Position numbers and translations under genes: made by a program. Below are positions 48,828 to 58,013 of a DNA stretch of 64,000 nucleotides, piece by piece; position 1 is the first letter of the stretch, and each line of letters opens with the position of its first letter. The DNA is from an uncultured Methylomirabilota bacterium (GTDB lineage: Bacteria; Methylomirabilota; Methylomirabilia; Methylomirabilales; 2-02-FULL-66-22), in NCBI GenBank assembly GCA_963705305.1, contig OY970067.1, positions 1,120,001-1,184,000 of the forward strand, read 5' to 3'. The notes under the pieces are model-generated. The model did no database searches. It was not told the origin of the DNA and saw only the letters and a list, made by a program, of their open reading frames with translations.

Positions 48828-50807
48828 CTAGAGGAAGAAATACAACGTCACGATCACGAAAATCCCCATGGCCATGGCCAGAAGATAATTCTGGATGACG
48901 CCGGTCTGGATGCGCTTGAAGGCCTGGCTGCCCTCCTGGATCACGTCCGCCACGGCGTTTACCAGCCCGTCCACTCCGCGGAAGTCGAACGTCGCGGACA
49001 CGTTGCTCAGGAAGACCGTCAGCCAGCCGGCCCCGTTCACGGTCCCGTCCACCCCCCGGGCATCCACCGCCCAGAGGCGAGTGCACAGCCGCTTCCCGAA
49101 GTCGACGAAGACGGCGATGTACAGCTCGTCCACCCAGTACTTGTTGAGCAGCAGCCGGTAGACGCCCTGGCACCGCTCGGCCAGCCGGTCCGCCATGCCC
49201 GGCCGGCGCATGTACATCTGGTAGGCCAGGACGATTCCGGACAGGGCGATGACCGTCGAGACCAGGGCCATCAGGAGCTCGGAGGGACCCTGCGACCCCG
49301 CGGCCTCCGCCGCGGTCCGGAAGACCGGCGCCACGAACGTGTGGTAGGGGCTATGCCCCGGCGAGTAGCCCACCAGCCCAACCAGGGCGCTGAAGACGGC
49401 CAGGATGGTGAGGGGCACGGTCATGACCCGGGGGGATTCGTGTATGTGGTGCGCGACCTGATGATCCACCCGGGAGGGGCCTTCGAAGGCCACGAAGTAG
49501 AGGCGGAACATGTAAAACGCGGTCCCGAAGGCCCCCGCCGCCCCCAGGGCCCACAGCCAGACGTGTCCCGACGCGATGGCGGAATGCAGGATCTGGTCCT
49601 TCGACCAGAACCCCGCCATGGGGAAGATCCCGGCGTTGGCCAGCGACCCGATCAGGAAGGTCCCGGCGGTGACGGGCATGTGCTTGCGCAGGCCTCCCAT
49701 CTTGCGGATGTCCTGCTCGCCGGAGAGCCCGTGGATCACGGAGCCCGCCCCCAGGAAGAGCAGGGCCTTGAAGAAGGCGTGGGTGCCCAGGTGGAAGATG
49801 GCCCCGGCATACGCCCCCAGGCCTGCCCCCAGGAACATGTAGCCGAGCTGGGAGATGGTGGAGTAGGCGATCACCCGCTTGATGTCGTTCTGCACCAGGG
49901 CGATGCTGGCGGCGAAGACGGCCGTCAGCGCCCCCACCCAAGCCACCACCCCCATCGAAAAGGGGGCCGCGCTGAACAGGGCGTTGGACCGGCAGACCAT
50001 GTAGACACCCGCCGTCACCATGGTGGCAGCGTGGATGAGGGCCGAGACCGGCGTGGGGCCCTCCATGGCGTCGGGCAGCCAGACGTAGAGGGGCAATTGC
50101 GCCGACTTTCCCGTGGCTCCGGCGAAGAGCATGAGCGTGATCCAGGTGACCACGCTCAGCCCGAGCAGGGAGGGGCGGGCGAGGACCTCGCGCATGGGAT
50201 CGACGGCCGGGAAGATCTGACTGTAGGAGAGCGACCCGAAGACGTGCCAGATCAGGAACAGGCCCAGCAGGAATCCCGCGTCGCCGATCCGGTTCACCAC
50301 GAAGGCTTTCTTGCCGGCGTCGGAGGCCGATTGCTTCTGGTACCAGAAGCCGATCAGCAGGTAGGAGCACAGCCCCACGCCCTCCCAGCCCAGGAACATC
50401 AAGAGGTAATTGTTGGCCAGGATCAGGATGAGCATCGAGCTCATGAACAGGTTCAGGTACGTGAAGAACCGGGCGTATCCCGTGTCCCCGTGCATGTAGC
50501 CGACGGAGTAGATGTGGATGAGAAACCCGACGAAGGTCACCACCAGCATCATGACGGCGGAGAGGGGATCCACCAGGAAGCCCACGCTGGCCTGGAACGC
50601 CCCGGCGGAGATCCAGGTATAGACGTCCCAGTCCAAGGTGGCCCCGCCCCAGGCCTGGATGAAGATCCCCAGGGCGATCAGGAACGAGAGGCCCGTTGTG
50701 GCGAGGGCCAGCAGGTGGGCGCGACCCCGGATCCAGCGCCCGAAGATCCCGTTGATGACCACCCCGACCACCGGCAGCACCGGCACCAGCCAGATCAGCT
50801 TCAGCAT
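48828..50807 (-). CDS. nuoL: NADH-quinone oxidoreductase subunit L (cluster 2)
   Basis: NRIGDAG, GKSAQLPLYVWLPDAMEGPTP. Confidence 0.94.
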   Translation of the reverse strand: MLKLIWLVPVLPVVGVVINGIFGRWIRGRAHLLALATTGLSFLIALGIFIQAWGGATLDWDVYTWISAGAFQASVGFLVDPLSAVMMLVVTFVGFLIHIYSVGYMHGDTGYARFFTYLNLFMSSMLILILANNYLLMFLGWEGVGLCSYLLIGFWYQKQSASDAGKKAFVVNRIGDAGFLLGLFLIWHVFGSLSYSQIFPAVDPMREVLARPSLLGLSVVTWITLMLFAGATGKSAQLPLYVWLPDAMEGPTPVSALIHAATMVTAGVYMVCRSNALFSAAPFSMGVVAWVGALTAVFAASIALVQNDIKRVIAYSTISQLGYMFLGAGLGAYAGAIFHLGTHAFFKALLFLGAGSVIHGLSGEQDIRKMGGLRKHMPVTAGTFLIGSLANAGIFPMAGFWSKDQILHSAIASGHVWLWALGAAGAFGTAFYMFRLYFVAFEGPSRVDHQVAHHIHESPRVMTVPLTILAVFSALVGLVGYSPGHSPYHTFVAPVFRTAAEAAGSQGPSELLMALVSTVIALSGIVLAYQMYMRRPGMADRLAERCQGVYRLLLNKYWVDELYIAVFVDFGKRLCTRLWAVDARGVDGTVNGAGWLTVFLSNVSATFDFRGVDGLVNAVADVIQEGSQAFKRIQTGVIQNYLLAMAMGIFVIVTLYFFL

Positions 50808-50855
50808 CGTCCCTCTCGGCTCACGGCTCGCGGCTCGTCTTCTCTCGCCCGGGAC

Positions 50856-51164
50856 CTACCACTTCATCAGGTTGATCTCGTCCACGTTCACCGTCCTGAA
50901 ATTGCGATACAGCCCCAGGACGATGGCCAGACCCACCGCCGCCTCTGCCGCCGCCACCGTGATGACGAAGACGGCGAAGACCTGTCCCTGGAGCATGGTC
51001 CGGGGAAGGTAGCGGGCGAAGGCGATGAAGTTCAAGTTCACGGCGTTCAGCATCAGCTCGATGGACATGAGAATGGCGATGGCGTTCCGACGCGTCAGGG
51101 CGCCGAACACCCCCAGGCTGAAGATGATCGCCCCCAGGATCAGATAGTGGCTGAGTGGAATCAT
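50856..51164 (-). CDS. nuoK: NADH-quinone oxidoreductase subunit K (cluster 2)
   Basis: [22 protein letters not shown]. Confidence 0.94.
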   Translation of the reverse strand: MIPLSHYLILGAIIFSLGVFGALTRRNAIAILMSIELMLNAVNLNFIAFARYLPRTMLQGQVFAVFVITVAAAEAAVGLAIVLGLYRNFRTVNVDEINLMKW

Positions 51165-51197
51165 CGCTCCGACACTCCACGGCGCGCGGCGTGCGCC

Positions 51198-51689
51198 CTA
51201 TTCCTTCCGTGCCAGGATAATGGCCCCCACCATCGCCGCCAGCAGCAGGATGGAGACCGCCTCGAACGGCAGGAGGTAGGTGGTGAGCAGCGCCCGCCCC
51301 AGGAAGGGGGCCGTCTCGGGGAGGGGCGGGGGCGCCGCCAGCACGGCGATGCCGCGCAGCGAGGCGTAGACCAGCCCGATCAGCAGCCCCAAGGCGGCCA
51401 CGGCGCTGAGCCCCGCCTGGTCGTTGATCACGCGCGCCGTGGCGGAGGAGATCCGGCTGGTGAGCATGATGGCGAACAGGAGCAGGATCGTGATGCCGCC
51501 GACGTAGATCAGGACCTGCACCGCCGCCAGAAATTCCGCGTCCAGCAGCACGTACAGCGCCGCCATCCCGCAGAAGCTGAAGATGAGGGCGACGGCCGCC
51601 CGGACGATGTTCTTTCCCAGGACCACGATGCCCGCCGCCCACACCGTGAACGCCGCCAGGACATAAAAGATGGCCAGCTGTACCGTCAT
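51198..51689 (-). CDS. nuoJ: NADH-quinone oxidoreductase subunit J (cluster 2)
   Basis: QVLIYVGGI..FAIMLT, LPFEAVS. Confidence 0.94.
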   Translation of the reverse strand: MTVQLAIFYVLAAFTVWAAGIVVLGKNIVRAAVALIFSFCGMAALYVLLDAEFLAAVQVLIYVGGITILLLFAIMLTSRISSATARVINDQAGLSAVAALGLLIGLVYASLRGIAVLAAPPPLPETAPFLGRALLTTYLLPFEAVSILLLAAMVGAIILARKE

Positions 51690-51719
51690 GACCCCGAGCG
51701 TCCTCCGTCCCGCCTCACC

Positions 51720-52808
51720 CTACTTCCAGAGCGTCACCACGAACCCGGTGACGATCAGGTTGGCGAACGAGATGGGCAGCAGGACCTTCCAGGCGAAATC
51801 CATGAGCTGATCCACCCGCAGCCGGTTGAGGGTCCAGCGCAGCCACATCATCACGAAGATCAGGAAGTAGCACTTGACCTGGAACCAGACCAGCCCGAAG
51901 AGGCCGTGGGACAGTCCGGCCGACAGGCCGGGGATGTGGAGCCAGGGGCCGCGCCAGCCTCCCAGGAACAGGGTGGTGGCGATGGCCGCCACCACGAACA
52001 TGTTGGCATATTCCGCCAGGAAAAAGATGGCGAAGCGCATGCCGCTGTACTCCACGTGGAAGCCGGCCACCAGCTCGGACTCGGCCTCGGGGATGTCGAA
52101 GGGGAGGCGGTTGCATTCGGCCAGGGCGCAGATGAAGTAGACCAGGAAAGCCACGATCTGGGGGAAGATGTACCAGCGCGGCAGGATGCCCAGCCAGCTG
52201 CCTCCCTGGGCGTCCACCAAGCCCCCCATGCGCATGGTCCCGGCGATCATCACCGGACCCAGGACGGCCAAAACCAGCGGCACCTCGTAGCTCACGGCCT
52301 GCGCGGCCGAGCGCATGGCCCCCAGGACGGAGTACTTGTTGTTGGAGGACCAGCCGGCCATGATGATCCCCACCACCGCCAGGGAGGAGATGGCGATCAT
52401 GTAGAGGATGCCGATATTCAGGTCGCGCACGATGAGCCCGGGCCCCCAGGGGATGGTGACGTAGGCGGCCAGGGAGGCCGCGAACACCACCATGGGAGCC
52501 AGGACGAACACCACCCGGTCCGCCCGGGCGGGGATGATGTCCTCCTTGAGCAGCAGCTTGAGGCCGTCGGCGAGGCTCTGGGCCCAGCCGTGCCAGCCGC
52601 CCACCCGCATGGGGCCGAAGCGCACCTGGATGTGGGCGCTGATCTTCCGCTCCCACCAGATCAGGAACATGGCGGCCACGGAGATGTAGCCCACGATCAC
52701 CCCGACCACGACGGTCATCACCACCAGGGTGGGGACGATCCAGGGCAGGCCCCAGGCCGACGTCAGCGCGTAGAAATCCTCGACCAGCTTGCCAAGTGTG
52801 CTCATCAC
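51720..52808 (-). CDS. nuoH: NADH-quinone oxidoreductase subunit H (cluster 2)
   Basis: ERKISA..RFGP, ADGLKLLLKED, PFDIPEAESELVAG, RLRVDQLM. Confidence 0.94.
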   Translation of the reverse strand: MMSTLGKLVEDFYALTSAWGLPWIVPTLVVMTVVVGVIVGYISVAAMFLIWWERKISAHIQVRFGPMRVGGWHGWAQSLADGLKLLLKEDIIPARADRVVFVLAPMVVFAASLAAYVTIPWGPGLIVRDLNIGILYMIAISSLAVVGIIMAGWSSNNKYSVLGAMRSAAQAVSYEVPLVLAVLGPVMIAGTMRMGGLVDAQGGSWLGILPRWYIFPQIVAFLVYFICALAECNRLPFDIPEAESELVAGFHVEYSGMRFAIFFLAEYANMFVVAAIATTLFLGGWRGPWLHIPGLSAGLSHGLFGLVWFQVKCYFLIFVMMWLRWTLNRLRVDQLMDFAWKVLLPISFANLIVTGFVVTLWK

Positions 52809-52852
52809 TCTTTACACGGCCCCGACGGGCGCGGGCACCGCAGCCCGGCGCC

Positions 52853-53998
52853 TTATCGGTCCACCTCGCCCAGGACGATGTCCACGCTCCCCAGGACGGC
52901 CACGATGTCCGCCACCAGGCACCCCTTGATCATCTCGGGCAGGACGCTCAGATTGACGAAGGCCGGCGACCGGACCTTGTACCGGTAGAGCTTCGGCGAG
53001 CCGTCGCTCACCAGATAGAAGCCCAGCTCGCCGCGGGGACTTTCCGTCCGGGCGTAGACCTGGCCCGCCGGCGGCTTAAGCGTCTTCGGCATCTTGGCCA
53101 TCACCTCGCCCGCCGGCAGCTGATCCAGGGCCTGCTGAACGATCTTGACGCTCTCCTCCATCTCGCGGCGCCGGACCAGGAACCGCGCCCAGGTGTCGCA
53201 GCTCTCGAACGCCGGCACCTCGAACTCGAACCGGTCGTAGATGGAGTAGGGGTCGTTCCGGCGGAGATCCCACTTGATGCCGGAGCCGCGCAGCACCGGG
53301 CCGCTGGCGGCGTAGGCCACGGCGACCTTGGGATCCAGGATCCCGATCCCCTGGGTCCGCTTCTGGAACAGGACGTTGTCGGTGACCAGGGCGTCGTACT
53401 CGGGGAGGCGCGGCTTGAACCACTCCAGGAAGGCCCGGCAGTCCGCCACCCAGCCGTCCGGGAAATCCATGGCCATCCCGCCGATCCGGTAGAAGTTGTA
53501 GTTCAGGCGCTGCCCGCTCACCGCCTCGAACAGGTCCAGGATCATCTCCCGCTCGCGGAAGCAGTAGATGAAGATGGTGAAGTTCCCCAGGTCCAGGCCG
53601 AAGGTGCCCAGCCAGACCAGGTGGCTGGCGATCCGCTGGAGTTCCGCCAGGATCACCCGCATGTACTCGGCGCGTTCCGGGATCTGCTGGCCCATGAGCC
53701 GCTCGACGGCGTGAACGTACCCGAAGTTCATCGCCATGGAGGCGAGGTAATCCAGGCGGTCGGTGTAGGGGATCACCTGCGTGTAGGTGCGATTCTCTCC
53801 GATCTTCTCGTGGCAGCGATGCAGATAGCCTATGTACGGGACGCAGTCCGTGATGGCCTCTCCGTCCAACTTCAGCATGAGGCGCAGGACCCCGTGGGTG
53901 GAGGGGTGCTGCGGGCCCATGTTGACGTACATCTCCTCCATGGTCTCGCTGATCCGCTCCGCGCTGACCGTGGTGGCGATGGGGACGGGGGTATCCAT
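52853..53998 (-). CDS. nuoD: NADH-quinone oxidoreductase subunit D (cluster 2)
   Basis: NMGPQHPSTHGVLRL, GYLHRCHEK, DRLDY, ESPRGE, DIVLGEVDR. Confidence 0.94.
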   Translation of the reverse strand: MDTPVPIATTVSAERISETMEEMYVNMGPQHPSTHGVLRLMLKLDGEAITDCVPYIGYLHRCHEKIGENRTYTQVIPYTDRLDYLASMAMNFGYVHAVERLMGQQIPERAEYMRVILAELQRIASHLVWLGTFGLDLGNFTIFIYCFREREMILDLFEAVSGQRLNYNFYRIGGMAMDFPDGWVADCRAFLEWFKPRLPEYDALVTDNVLFQKRTQGIGILDPKVAVAYAASGPVLRGSGIKWDLRRNDPYSIYDRFEFEVPAFESCDTWARFLVRRREMEESVKIVQQALDQLPAGEVMAKMPKTLKPPAGQVYARTESPRGELGFYLVSDGSPKLYRYKVRSPAFVNLSVLPEMIKGCLVADIVAVLGSVDIVLGEVDR

Positions 53999-54031
53999 TT
54001 CCTCTGCCTCAACCGTTCCGGGGGCGGGCCG

Positions 54032-54595
54032 TCATGGCGATTTCGCCCCCTCGGATGGCGTGGCCGGCGCCGCGGCCTTGGGGGCGGCCTTGGGCCCCGG
54101 CTTCGCCCCCTCCGCCTTGGCGACCTTCTCCTCCAGCCCGTATTCCGTGTACGGAACCAGCCGCTCGTCCGCGTAGTCCTTGCGCAGGGGATAACCCACC
54201 CAGTCCTCGGGGAGGAGGATGCGGCGGAGGTCCGGATGGCGGTCGAAGCGGATCCCGAAAAGGTCGAAGCACTCGCGCTCGTGCCAGTTGGCGGCCGGCC
54301 AGATGTCAGTCACGGTCCGCAGCTCGGGCTGCTGGCGATCCACCGGCACCCGCAGATGCACCTTGACGGGCTGTTGCAGGGATGCCAGGTCGTACACGAC
54401 CTCGAGGTGGGTCCCCCAATCGGCGCCGCTGAGGCAGCTCAGATATTCGAGGCCGAGGTCACAGAGCCGCCGGCACACCCGCCAGGCGGCCTCCGGCGTG
54501 GCCGTGCAGCGCAGCTCGACCCCCTTGATCTCGGTCTCGCGCAAGGCCTCGCCGAACTGCTGCGTCAACTGATTCAGGATCTCTTCGGCAGTCAT
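54032..54595 (-). CDS. nuoC: NADH-quinone oxidoreductase subunit C (cluster 2)
   Basis: ANWHERECFDLFG..HPDLRRILLP..GYPLRKDY; start could be 54622. Confidence 0.92.
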   Translation of the reverse strand: MTAEEILNQLTQQFGEALRETEIKGVELRCTATPEAAWRVCRRLCDLGLEYLSCLSGADWGTHLEVVYDLASLQQPVKVHLRVPVDRQQPELRTVTDIWPAANWHERECFDLFGIRFDRHPDLRRILLPEDWVGYPLRKDYADERLVPYTEYGLEEKVAKAEGAKPGPKAAPKAAAPATPSEGAKSP

Positions 54596-54652
54596 CTCAA
54601 TCCGTGCCGCTCGGGCGAGCATTCGGGACGGGGCCGCAGGTCGGGTCCCGCG

Positions 54653-55012
54653 TCAGACCCACTCCAGCGCCCCCTTCTTCCAAGCGTATGCCAGGCCTAC
54701 CAGCAGGATCCCGATGAAGACCATCATCTCCACGAAGGCGAACAGTCCCAGTTGGCGGAAGACGATAGCCCAGGGGAACAAGAACACGGTCTCGACGGCG
54801 AAGATGATGTACACCAGGGCGTAGAGGTAGTAGCGGACGTGGAACCGCACCCAGCCGGCCCCGATCGGCTCTTCCCCGCATTCGTAGGTGGTCAGCTTTT
54901 GGGGGGTCGGATGGTGGGGGCGGATCAGGCGCGAAACGATCTCGATGTTCAGGACGACGAACAGTGCCCCGACGATCAAGAAGAAGCCGACATAGGCGTA
55001 ATCCGCCGGCAT
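54653..55012 (-). CDS. nuoA: NADH-quinone oxidoreductase subunit A (cluster 2)
   Basis: TYECGEEPIG, RYYLYAL..FAVE, WKKGALEW; AGGAGG RBS. Confidence 0.94.
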   Translation of the reverse strand: MPADYAYVGFFLIVGALFVVLNIEIVSRLIRPHHPTPQKLTTYECGEEPIGAGWVRFHVRYYLYALVYIIFAVETVFLFPWAIVFRQLGLFAFVEMMVFIGILLVGLAYAWKKGALEWV

Positions 55013-55175
55013 GAAATCTCCTCCTGCAAGGCCGGGAACGGGCGGCGAGTGGATCGCGGAGGCGAGAGATTCGGGAGAGGCCGTCGGTCGCGAGCCCCCC
55101 TCGCGCCACGGAAAAGGCCCTACCTCAGGGCTCGACAACGCTCACAATTCACAGCGACCGCGCCAATTCCGCGGT

Positions 55176-55204
55176 TTTGTAACATGGGCACCCCGACCTG
55201 TCAA
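55176..55204 (-). promoter_or_regulatory. putative sigma70 promoter of nuo cluster 2
   Basis: TTGACA-17 nt-TACAAA with extended TG on the minus strand. Confidence 0.55.
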
Positions 55205-55398
55205 GGAGAATTGCTGCGCCCTTGCCCCAAGAATACGTCAAGCCTTTGTCCTTGTGCCCTGCCCCCAAGAACCCCGGCGGCCGGCGCCGGGAGATCTTCC
55301 GAGCCTCCGCAAGAGCTCAACAGCCTCAAACAACCCGCGTGGGTTCGGGGGCCTGGATAGCTGGGGGGAGGGGTACATTTTGGACGGTACACATGTGC

Positions 55399-55428
55399 TT
55401 GACTTTCGGGATCGCTCCGATCTACTAT
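55399..55428 (+). promoter_or_regulatory. putative sigma70 promoter of cstA
   Basis: TTGACT-18 nt-TACTAT. Confidence 0.45.
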
Positions 55429-55626
55429 CTGATCATTCGCTCAGCATCACGACTGGTCCCGATCGTGGTATCCGGAGCCCACGCGGCCGCTCATGTGGCG
55501 GATTTGCCCGGGCCGGCCGCAGGGAGGGGGGACGAAGGGCGACAGGGAATCTGTCCTTCGTCAAGGCGGGGGGGTGCGCGCACCCCGTTAACCTGTGAAC
55601 TGCAAGGTTCGTAGGAGGATGCTGCC

Positions 55627-57351
55627 ATGGCGAGTGTAGTGATATTGTTCACCATTGTGGCGGTCTGGGTCGGCTACAAGTTCTACGCCGCGAAGATTGA
55701 CCGGTCCGTGATCGGGGTCGATCCCAACAAGGCGACGCCGGCCAAGATGTACAACGACGGCGTGGACTTCATGCCGGCCAGCTCCAGCGTGCTGTTCGGC
55801 TACCAGTTCAAATCCATCGCCGCCCTGGGACCCATCGTTGGACCCATCATCGCCGTCCAGTGGGGATGGCTGCCGGCCATCCTGTGGCTGATCTTGGGGG
55901 TCTTCTTCATCGGGTGGGTTCAGGACTACACCGCGGCGGTGATGGCCATGCGGAACGAGGGGATGACTATGGGGGGATTGAGCTACAAGCTCATCTCGCC
56001 CCGAGCGCGGACCATCCTCCTGTCGTTCCTCTACTTCTACCTGCTGCTGATCATGGGGGCCTTCGGGGCCATCGTGGCCGGGATCTTCGCCAACCCCAAC
56101 GTCCCCTTCGGGTTTATCATCCTCACCCTGGCCGGAGTCCTGGCGGGCCAGATGACCTACAAGTGGCGCAAGGACCTGCTCCTGACGACGCTGATAACAG
56201 TGGCCATCGGGGTCATCGGCATCTGGCTGGGGACCACGGGGCCCTTCCGTGCCATCGTGGACGCCATCAACGGCGGGAAGGACTCCTTCATCCTCTACGC
56301 CACGCCCTACGGCCCGATGAAGTGGTCGGTATGGTTCTGGGGCATCGTCGCCCTGGGCTTCTGCTACCTGGGCTCGGTGCTCCCCATCTGGCGGTTCGCC
56401 CAGCCGGTCAACTACGTCTCGTTCTGGCTGGTGCTGATGGGGATCGTGGGGTCCATCGTGGGGATCTTCTTCCGCATGCCCAGCTTCGGTGACTTCCCGG
56501 CCTTCACGAGCTTCAGTGTCGCCGGCCTGGGACCCATGTGGCCGCTCCTCTTCGTCACCATTGCCTGCGGGGCGTGCTCCGGATGGCATAGCCTAGTCTC
56601 CACCTCGGGCACGGCCCGGCAGCTGGAGAAAGAGACCGACGCCCTGCCGGTGGGCGCCGGGGCCATGTTCACGGAGTGCGTCCTGGGCGTCCTCTCGGCG
56701 GTGTTCGCCATCACCGCCTTCGGCGGCTTCGCCGGCTACCAGGCCCAGCTGGCCAAGGGGGCCGGCGCGGTGTTTGCCGGCGGCATGGCCGAATACCTGA
56801 GCGTCCTGGGGATTCCCAAGGTGTTCGGTGGCGCCTTCGGGGCGACCTTCCTGGTCATCATGGCCCTCACGGTGATGCAGCTGGTCCTGCGCTTCATGCG
56901 GGTGGCCAGCGCCGAACTGGTGGGGAACTCCATCCCTGCCTTCCGGAACATCCACTTCGGCACCATCGTGGGCCTCCTGCTCACGCTGGTGATCCTCTGG
57001 ACCGGCTTCTGGCAGCGGATCTGGATTCTCTTCGGCGGGTCCAACCAGCTGTTCGTGGGCCTGGCGCTGGTCCTGATCACGATCTGGCTGGCCCAGAGCG
57101 GCAAGTCGTATCAGTGGGCTATGTGGCCGGCGATTTTCATGTATGTGACCACGGTCGCGGCCCTGATCGTCACCGCCTGGATGGCTTTCCAGGCGGCATT
57201 CAAGCCCGGCCTCAGCGCCGCGTTTGTCTTCGGGAATTTGATCGCGGCCGTGATCGGGGTCGCCCTGGTCATCCTGTCGCTCATCCTGGCCTGGGATGCC
57301 GTCCAGGCCTTTGGCAAGGCTCGCCTGCGCCCGGCCGCCGCGCAGGCCTAG
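55627..57351 (+). CDS. cstA: carbon starvation protein A family transporter
   Basis: TPA..DGVDFMP..FKSIAALGPIVGP, TIACGACSGWHSL, WILFGGSNQL. Confidence 0.92.
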   Translation: MASVVILFTIVAVWVGYKFYAAKIDRSVIGVDPNKATPAKMYNDGVDFMPASSSVLFGYQFKSIAALGPIVGPIIAVQWGWLPAILWLILGVFFIGWVQDYTAAVMAMRNEGMTMGGLSYKLISPRARTILLSFLYFYLLLIMGAFGAIVAGIFANPNVPFGFIILTLAGVLAGQMTYKWRKDLLLTTLITVAIGVIGIWLGTTGPFRAIVDAINGGKDSFILYATPYGPMKWSVWFWGIVALGFCYLGSVLPIWRFAQPVNYVSFWLVLMGIVGSIVGIFFRMPSFGDFPAFTSFSVAGLGPMWPLLFVTIACGACSGWHSLVSTSGTARQLEKETDALPVGAGAMFTECVLGVLSAVFAITAFGGFAGYQAQLAKGAGAVFAGGMAEYLSVLGIPKVFGGAFGATFLVIMALTVMQLVLRFMRVASAELVGNSIPAFRNIHFGTIVGLLLTLVILWTGFWQRIWILFGGSNQLFVGLALVLITIWLAQSGKSYQWAMWPAIFMYVTTVAALIVTAWMAFQAAFKPGLSAAFVFGNLIAAVIGVALVILSLILAWDAVQAFGKARLRPAAAQA

Positions 57352-57366
57352 TCGGCAACCGGTGTT

Positions 57367-57400
57367 GCCGCCGGGGGCGGGGCGTCTCGCCCCCGGCGGC
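57367..57400. other. GC-rich hairpin between cstA and the downstream gene
   Basis: gccgccgggggcg/cgcccccggcggc stem, no U-tract. Confidence 0.5.
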
Positions 57401-57416
57401 GAACGGGGAGGGCACC

Positions 57417-57800
57417 GTGCCGACCGTCACGCTCGACGTCATCGCACCCCTGGTCTCCGGGGTCCAGCACTGCCAGCATTGCCAGACGTTCTTCGACGAT
57501 GCGGGGGTCTCGCAGAAGGTCCTGCAGGACGAGTGGAATTCCTATCCCGAGGAGATGTGGCGGGACTACGCGCGGCTTTCCGAGATGATGCGCGAGCTGT
57601 CCATCCGCTACGGGTCCCAGCTCCGCATCACCCTCATCGACCCCCACACGCCCGCCGGACTGTGGAAGTCGCTGCGCCACTGGGTGCGCCGCTATCCCAC
57701 CTTCATCGTCAACGGCCGGGCCAAGTATTCCGGCTGGGATGCGGGAGCGCTGGACACCCTGCTGCGGGCGGGGGGGGCCACCGTGGGGGCCGTCTCGTAG
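57417..57800 (+). CDS. hypothetical CxxC protein, possibly thioredoxin-like fold
   Basis: GTG start after GGAGGG; HCQHC and YPTFIVNG motifs. Confidence 0.7.
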   Translation: MPTVTLDVIAPLVSGVQHCQHCQTFFDDAGVSQKVLQDEWNSYPEEMWRDYARLSEMMRELSIRYGSQLRITLIDPHTPAGLWKSLRHWVRRYPTFIVNGRAKYSGWDAGALDTLLRAGGATVGAVS

Positions 57801-58013
57801 CAGGCTGCTGAAAAAGTCCCGGCTGCCCGCCGCAGGCGGATTGGCACGCTCGGGCACTCGCTGCGGCGTACCGGAAGTACGCCTTGACCCGCCAGTGGCG
57901 GGTGCTCGCCCCCGGGTACCCATCCCGAGGGGTGGGTGATGCCGCCTTACCGCTCGACAGGCTCGCGGTCCCGAGCGAAGTCGAGGGGCATCTGGGCCCT
58001 TTTGAGCAGCCTG
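57801..58013. mobile_element. MITE/REP-like element copy E (inverted orientation)
   Basis: caggctgctgaaaaag...ccttttgagcagcctg; internal modules are reverse complements of those in copy B; abuts the stop codons of both convergent genes. Confidence 0.82.

Noticed and set aside
52853..53998. Cluster 2 as a group 4 NiFe hydrogenase
   Set aside because: The D subunit lacks both CxxC nickel-binding motifs and retains the quinone-site HxxxH and DY residues.
55139..55153. lac-operator-like half site (aattgtgagcg on the minus strand)
   Set aside because: Only a half site with no symmetric partner; likely chance or an unrelated operator.
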